From Klebsormidium nitens (lineage: Eukaryota; Plantae; Klebsormidiophyceae): a DNA stretch of 64,000 nucleotides. This document shows positions 60,869 to 64,000 of this stretch, piece after piece (position 1 is the first letter of the stretch; each line of letters begins with the position of its first letter). Under the pieces are notes generated by a model. It had not been told where the DNA came from and searched no databases. It worked only from the letters and a program-made list of their open reading frames with translations. The position numbers were made by a program, and so were the translations under genes. The stretch covers positions 1-64,000 of the forward strand of contig DF237073.1 in assembly GCA_000708835.1 (NCBI GenBank), written 5' to 3'.

Positions 60869-62754
60869 ATGTCGGGCCGCGGCGGCGATGTGCGCGAGCG
60901 CGCGGAGCGCGGGGCGGAGCATGCGGAGGAGCAGTTCGGGCAGGCGGTCGGCAAGCCCCGGGAAGAGTGGAGGCCCAGAGATGTGTGGGCGTTCAGGTAA
61001 GGGAGACTTTTGCGGAAGGTTTTGGTGCTGGTGTCAATGCTGTGGCAGTAGATCTTTCTCTGCAAGGTTGTACGTTGTGAGAGTGGTTTCTCTCGGACAT
61101 GCTTTTGCTAATTTTAATTATTGTGCCCAAGAAAAAGAGACTATGATGTTATGCTCTAATCTTTGTTGATTTCCTCCGCAACCCTGTCAAGCGGTTTCGT
61201 GTCTAATTTTCTACCTGACATACCTCCGTGTGTCCTTCGAATCTTCATGCTGCTCTTTGATCGTGAGAATGCTGACATTTCCTTCTTCCTACTTTCTTTC
61301 ATGTTTTCCTCTGCGTTTTCTTAATCGAGCAAAGGTTTGACTCCGGGCAGCATTCTTCACCACTTTTTATTCACCGCTTTTTTCGTCTCCGAATCTTGAT
61401 GGTTTTCTGATGCGTACTTTTTACAGTCATAATAATATCTGATTCCCGAAGTTTCCTCGTATTTTAATGTGTATCATTCTACATGGGCGGTGGTCTTCGA
61501 ATCTTAACCTGCGGTCCGAGTAGTTTCGTGCCTGTTTGCACTCTTTTCAGTCTGCACTCTTCGTGCATGCACACCTTAAAAAGTTGAAACGAGCTTGTGA
61601 CTTCGGGGCGACTTCTTCGATCTAATGTTGGGCTCCTCTCTGCAGCCAAAACCAGAGTGCCTTGCCGTTTTGATGTCTAATCAGCACTGCAGCCAAGATG
61701 GAATGGAAAGAGGTTCTTGACATTTCCAAAGTTTTGCCTTTTTGTGCATGCAGAATCCTCGTTGGCGGCACGATCTTGACTCTGGCAACCGTCGGCGCGA
61801 TCGCTTTCGGTAACTCCGCAATTCCTTTCAGTTTTTCTGGACTTGTTTCTCCGTTTGTTAAAGACAATTCAGCAGGCCCCAGAACTTCGTTTCCGATTCT
61901 CGCCCAGCGTTTCTTGCGGTTCTCACAGATCAGGGAGAGTTGACATGCGTTTGTATATGTTACCGTTGCTTGATCTTCTCGGAAGCAACTTTTGGAAGTG
62001 AAACAATATCGGGTGATCGGCAGAAGGAGATTCACTGCCACATTTCACTGAATCGGGCCTTTCAAAATCTACGTAAATGATGCAAGGCTAATCTGTTTTG
62101 CATCGACGTAGATCTCACGTAGCGCGAATCTGCGTCTTCGCATGCATAGAAACTCTGCAGAGCAAACGGCTGTTTGTTTCCCCTTTTGACTCATTAAACC
62201 TCCAGTCCTAAGCTACTGCAAGCTGAGATCGACTCGGCTTTCGAACTTCTAGAGAAAGTAATTGTGTCCCACCATTGCATCCGACTCTTATTCAAATGCA
62301 AAAGAGCGACTCCATAAGCTCCAGCAAGTCTCAGAACAGCTCCCACATCTCATTCAAGAAGGCGACCACTCCCCGCTTTCCTCGACTGACCCACTCCCTC
62401 TCCCCGCATCCATTCTCAGCATCCCGACGGTGTGTTGTGAATCTTCTTTGTAAGGGCGATAGTTTCCCGTTGACACCAGGTTCTCTCTCTTTTTACGCAA
62501 CGGCGACCAAAAGCCAGCATTTGAACTTACCACATCCTCTTTCCCGCAGGCATGGTCGCCATCCCGACGGTGCTCATCGGCGGCGGCCTGCTGCTGCTGT
62601 TCAGCCCGGTGCTGCTCGGCATCGCGGCCATCACGAGCCCCATCTGGGGCCCGATCGCCGCGCTCGCGCTCGCGGCGCCGCCCGTCCTCGGCGGCCTCAC
62701 GCTCGCGGCCGTCCTCTTCGGGCTGTCCGTCTACTGGTTCTGGAACTTCATCAG
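60869..62754 (+). CDS. Oleosin-like lipid droplet protein (3' end unresolved)
   Basis: Exons 60869-60996, 61754-61809 and 62550-62754 are phase-compatible. A charged N-terminus is followed by 86 consecutive uncharged residues containing FSPVLLGIAAITSPIWGP (proline-knot-like). Unspliced read-through stops at 62800; a downstream exon (for example near 63837) is possible. Confidence 0.8.
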
Positions 62755-63332
62755 GTGGGTCAGCTGCAGGGTTTACATAACCAGTGTCTGGTTTCTGTGA
62801 ATGGATGTCCTCATTGAATTACTGGCCGTCCGCTTCGGGCTGTCCGTCTACTGGTTCTGGAACTTCATCAGGTGGGTTTGCTCGCGCGTTAACAAAACCA
62901 GTGTCGTGTTTCTGCTTGTCTGGGGATTGCTCGTGGCTGGACCGCTGTCGTTTTTGGGCTGTCCGTCTTTTGGTTCTGGAACTTCATCAGGTGGGTTTGA
63001 TCGCGGGTTAGCGTGACCAGGGTCTTGTTTGCTAATTGCTTGGGGATTGCCCGTGGGTGTGCTTGACTGGGGCGTGATCCCCGGCAGTCGTTTTCGGGCT
63101 GTCCGTCTAGTGCTTTTGAAACTTCATCAGGTGGGTTTGTGGTTCGTGGCTTTGATCTGGATTTGCCAGTTTTTGTTTGCATCGGCGGGTTAGTGTCACG
63201 AGTTTCTGGCTTGGGTGACTGCTTTGGGGGTCTGCTAGCGTACTCGTGGGTGTGCTTGACGTGGGAATTGTTACCCGCCATCGTCTTCTTGCTGTCAGTC
63301 TACTGGGTCTGAAAAATCATCAAGTGGGTTTG
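62708..63332 (+). repeat. Degenerate tandem array (5 copies) of the oleosin exon-3 end plus donor site
   Basis: The core cttcgggctgtccgtctactggttctggaacttcatcag|gtgggt starts at about 62716, 62833 (perfect copy), 62952, 63092 and about 63285. The periods are 117, 119, 140 and about 193 bp, and divergence increases downstream. Confidence 0.9.
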
Positions 63333-64000
63333 CTTTGGGTTTGCCGATTTGGATGCCGAAATTACGGGTTGGAAAAGGATCGTTCGTTTATTTCTGATCA
63401 TCGGCTCAAGCTTTCGCAAAATGTTTCTGTACCAAATATATATCGAGTTTCGCAAAACAGTGTGTACAAGGAGTAACTCAAAACAAAGCCCGTTGCATTC
63501 TCTTTGGATGAGAATGAGCAGATGGGCGCGATTTGTTGAAGGGTTTCGAAGCAGTTTCGTAGTGGTGTAGTTGAATCAAAGGCGGTAAAACGTCAAGACA
63601 ATCCCTCTTGTTCCACTCTCTTGTAATAAGGTCTGATTCTTAGGGTTTCTCAATTGTTTATCTGATTGGAAGTGGTCACGAATTGTGGTTTCTCGACGGC
63701 CAGCTATATCAGGGCAGTCGATCGCTGACAAAGCATTCGGAGACGGAGGTTCAATTCATTCGGCCTTCGAGTGACCGGGTCTTTCAGATACAATCGAGCT
63801 CTGACATCTGGTCTTCTTTACAATCGGCCGTAGGCCCCTGAAAGACCAAGAAGGTGTCAGGTCGGTCAACAGTTGCCCACTTAAAGAATCTAAACCTCGG
63901 TTGACCAACTTTTTGATGAAAGTTCATGACGGAACAGAACGCACCCCGCATTTGCGGCCCGCTTCAGATCTCACCAGCTTTTCGCAACCACTAACCAGAT

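Overview
Eukaryotic nuclear DNA with intron-rich, plant-like genes. It is most consistent with a streptophyte green alga such as Klebsormidium; this is an inference from gene content, intron style and large orphan MYND genes, not a database match. I reconstructed 12 protein-coding genes by splicing by eye: NOT2/VIP2 (+), a double-AP2 transcription factor (+), an IGR-motif mitoribosomal protein (+), a PAM2-containing EMAP/Trbp111-type tRNA-binding protein (-), a 3xLysM plus lysozyme-like protein (+), UBA-MgsA/WRNIP1 ATPase (-), an At4g14100/ependymin-like secreted protein (-), two MYND-finger proteins (+), DSE1/GNB1L WD40 (-), aspartate carbamoyltransferase (-) and Notchless (+). A 13th gene, an oleosin-like gene (+), lacks a resolved 3' end. 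There are also three short TIR elements with related TAGGG(C/T)GG ends and two assembly gaps. The most notable observations are: (1) an intron-containing LysM-lysozyme fusion, a candidate peptidoglycan hydrolase; (2) a probable GA-AG intron in the AP2 gene; (3) repeated tandem duplications that straddle splice junctions in three genes; (4) a PAM2 motif joined to a tRNA-binding OB fold. Two apparent frameshifts lie in homopolymer runs and are probably sequencing errors. Exon coordinates were counted manually and may be off by a few bases.
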